From contig JBJKPH010000463.1 in the NCBI GenBank assembly GCA_046706585.1, positions 1 through 25,761 of the forward strand: a stretch of DNA of 25,761 nucleotides, in the 5' to 3' direction. Source of the stretch: Bacteroidales bacterium (lineage in GTDB: Bacteria; Bacteroidota; Bacteroidia; Bacteroidales; VadinHA17). The translations under genes and the position numbers were made by a program. Below, piece by piece: positions 25,404-25,761 of the stretch. Below the pieces are notes generated by a model that made no database searches, had not been told where the DNA came from, and saw only the letters and a list, made by a program, of their open reading frames with translations. How positions within the stretch are numbered: position 1 is the first letter of the stretch; each line of letters begins with the position of its first letter.

Positions 25404-25761
25404 TTGAAACCCTCAAAGTACCTGATATATGCCGTACTGTTATTATCAGCCTCCGGTATTACAGGGTCTTACGGTCAGGGTACCGGTCTTGTGCTCAGCG
25501 GAGGCGGGGCTAAAGGTCTGGCACACATTGGTGTGATAAGGGCGCTGGAAGAGAACAATGTAAAAATAGATTATATTGCCGGCACATCGATCGGGGCGAT
25601 CATCGGATCTCTGTATGCCATGGGCTATAGCCCTGATGAGATGGATTCGCTTGTAACTTCCGAAGAATTTATCATGCTGACCAGGGGAGAGACAGAAAAG
25701 AACCTGAAGTTCAGTTTTCAGGATAACGACGCTGATGCCACAATGGCTAAGATCAATATTA
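25404..25761 (+). CDS. Patatin-like phospholipase, N-terminal part (runs off the window end; probable TTG start)
   Basis: Frame from TTG 25404: signal-like N-terminus, [41 protein letters not shown] (GxSxG nucleophile elbow). Confidence 0.9.
   Translation, partial: MKPSKYLIYAVLLLSASGITGSYGQGTGLVLSGGGAKGLAHIGVIRALEENNVKIDYIAGTSIGAIIGSLYAMGYSPDEMDSLVTSEEFIMLTRGETEKNLKFSFQDNDADATMAKINI

Noticed and set aside
1-25761. tRNA, rRNA, IS/transposase, integrase, prophage or anti-phage defence genes
   Set aside because: None recognisable; nearly all sequence is explained by housekeeping CDSs and short intergenic regions.

Overview
A 25.8-kb, mostly housekeeping region of a Bacteroidota (probably Bacteroidales-type) chromosome, judged from TAnnTTTG promoter elements, lipoprotein/Tat signals and gene families. 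Left to right: a truncated RND adaptor gene and tolC divergent from an OmpR-family two-component operon; an intergenic cluster of REP-like palindromes; a four-gene Tat-exported xanthine dehydrogenase/IorAB-family molybdoenzyme operon (xdhC, mocA, 2Fe-2S subunit, Mo subunit); redoxin, pdxH, M16 peptidase, YciI and a coiled-coil membrane protein; rpiB-rrf2-hemW; a ~525-bp AT-rich intergenic region dense in DnaA-box-like 9-mers (candidate oriC); nadA-MORN repeat protein-ruvB; an unannotated 57-aa membrane protein with its own canonical promoter; Crp/Fnr, OsmC, pheS, cyclophilin and a partial patatin. The first 65 nt are an inverted copy of 153-217, most likely a fold-back artefact. I found no CRISPR array, tRNA/rRNA, transposase, phage or defence genes, and no clearly new multi-gene system. 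The best leads are the candidate oriC, the co-varying REP-like hairpin cluster with an adjacent possible sRNA, the FAD-less exported molybdoenzyme, and the small membrane protein with a palindrome at its inferred transcription start. All calls come from reading the sequence by eye; no searches were run.
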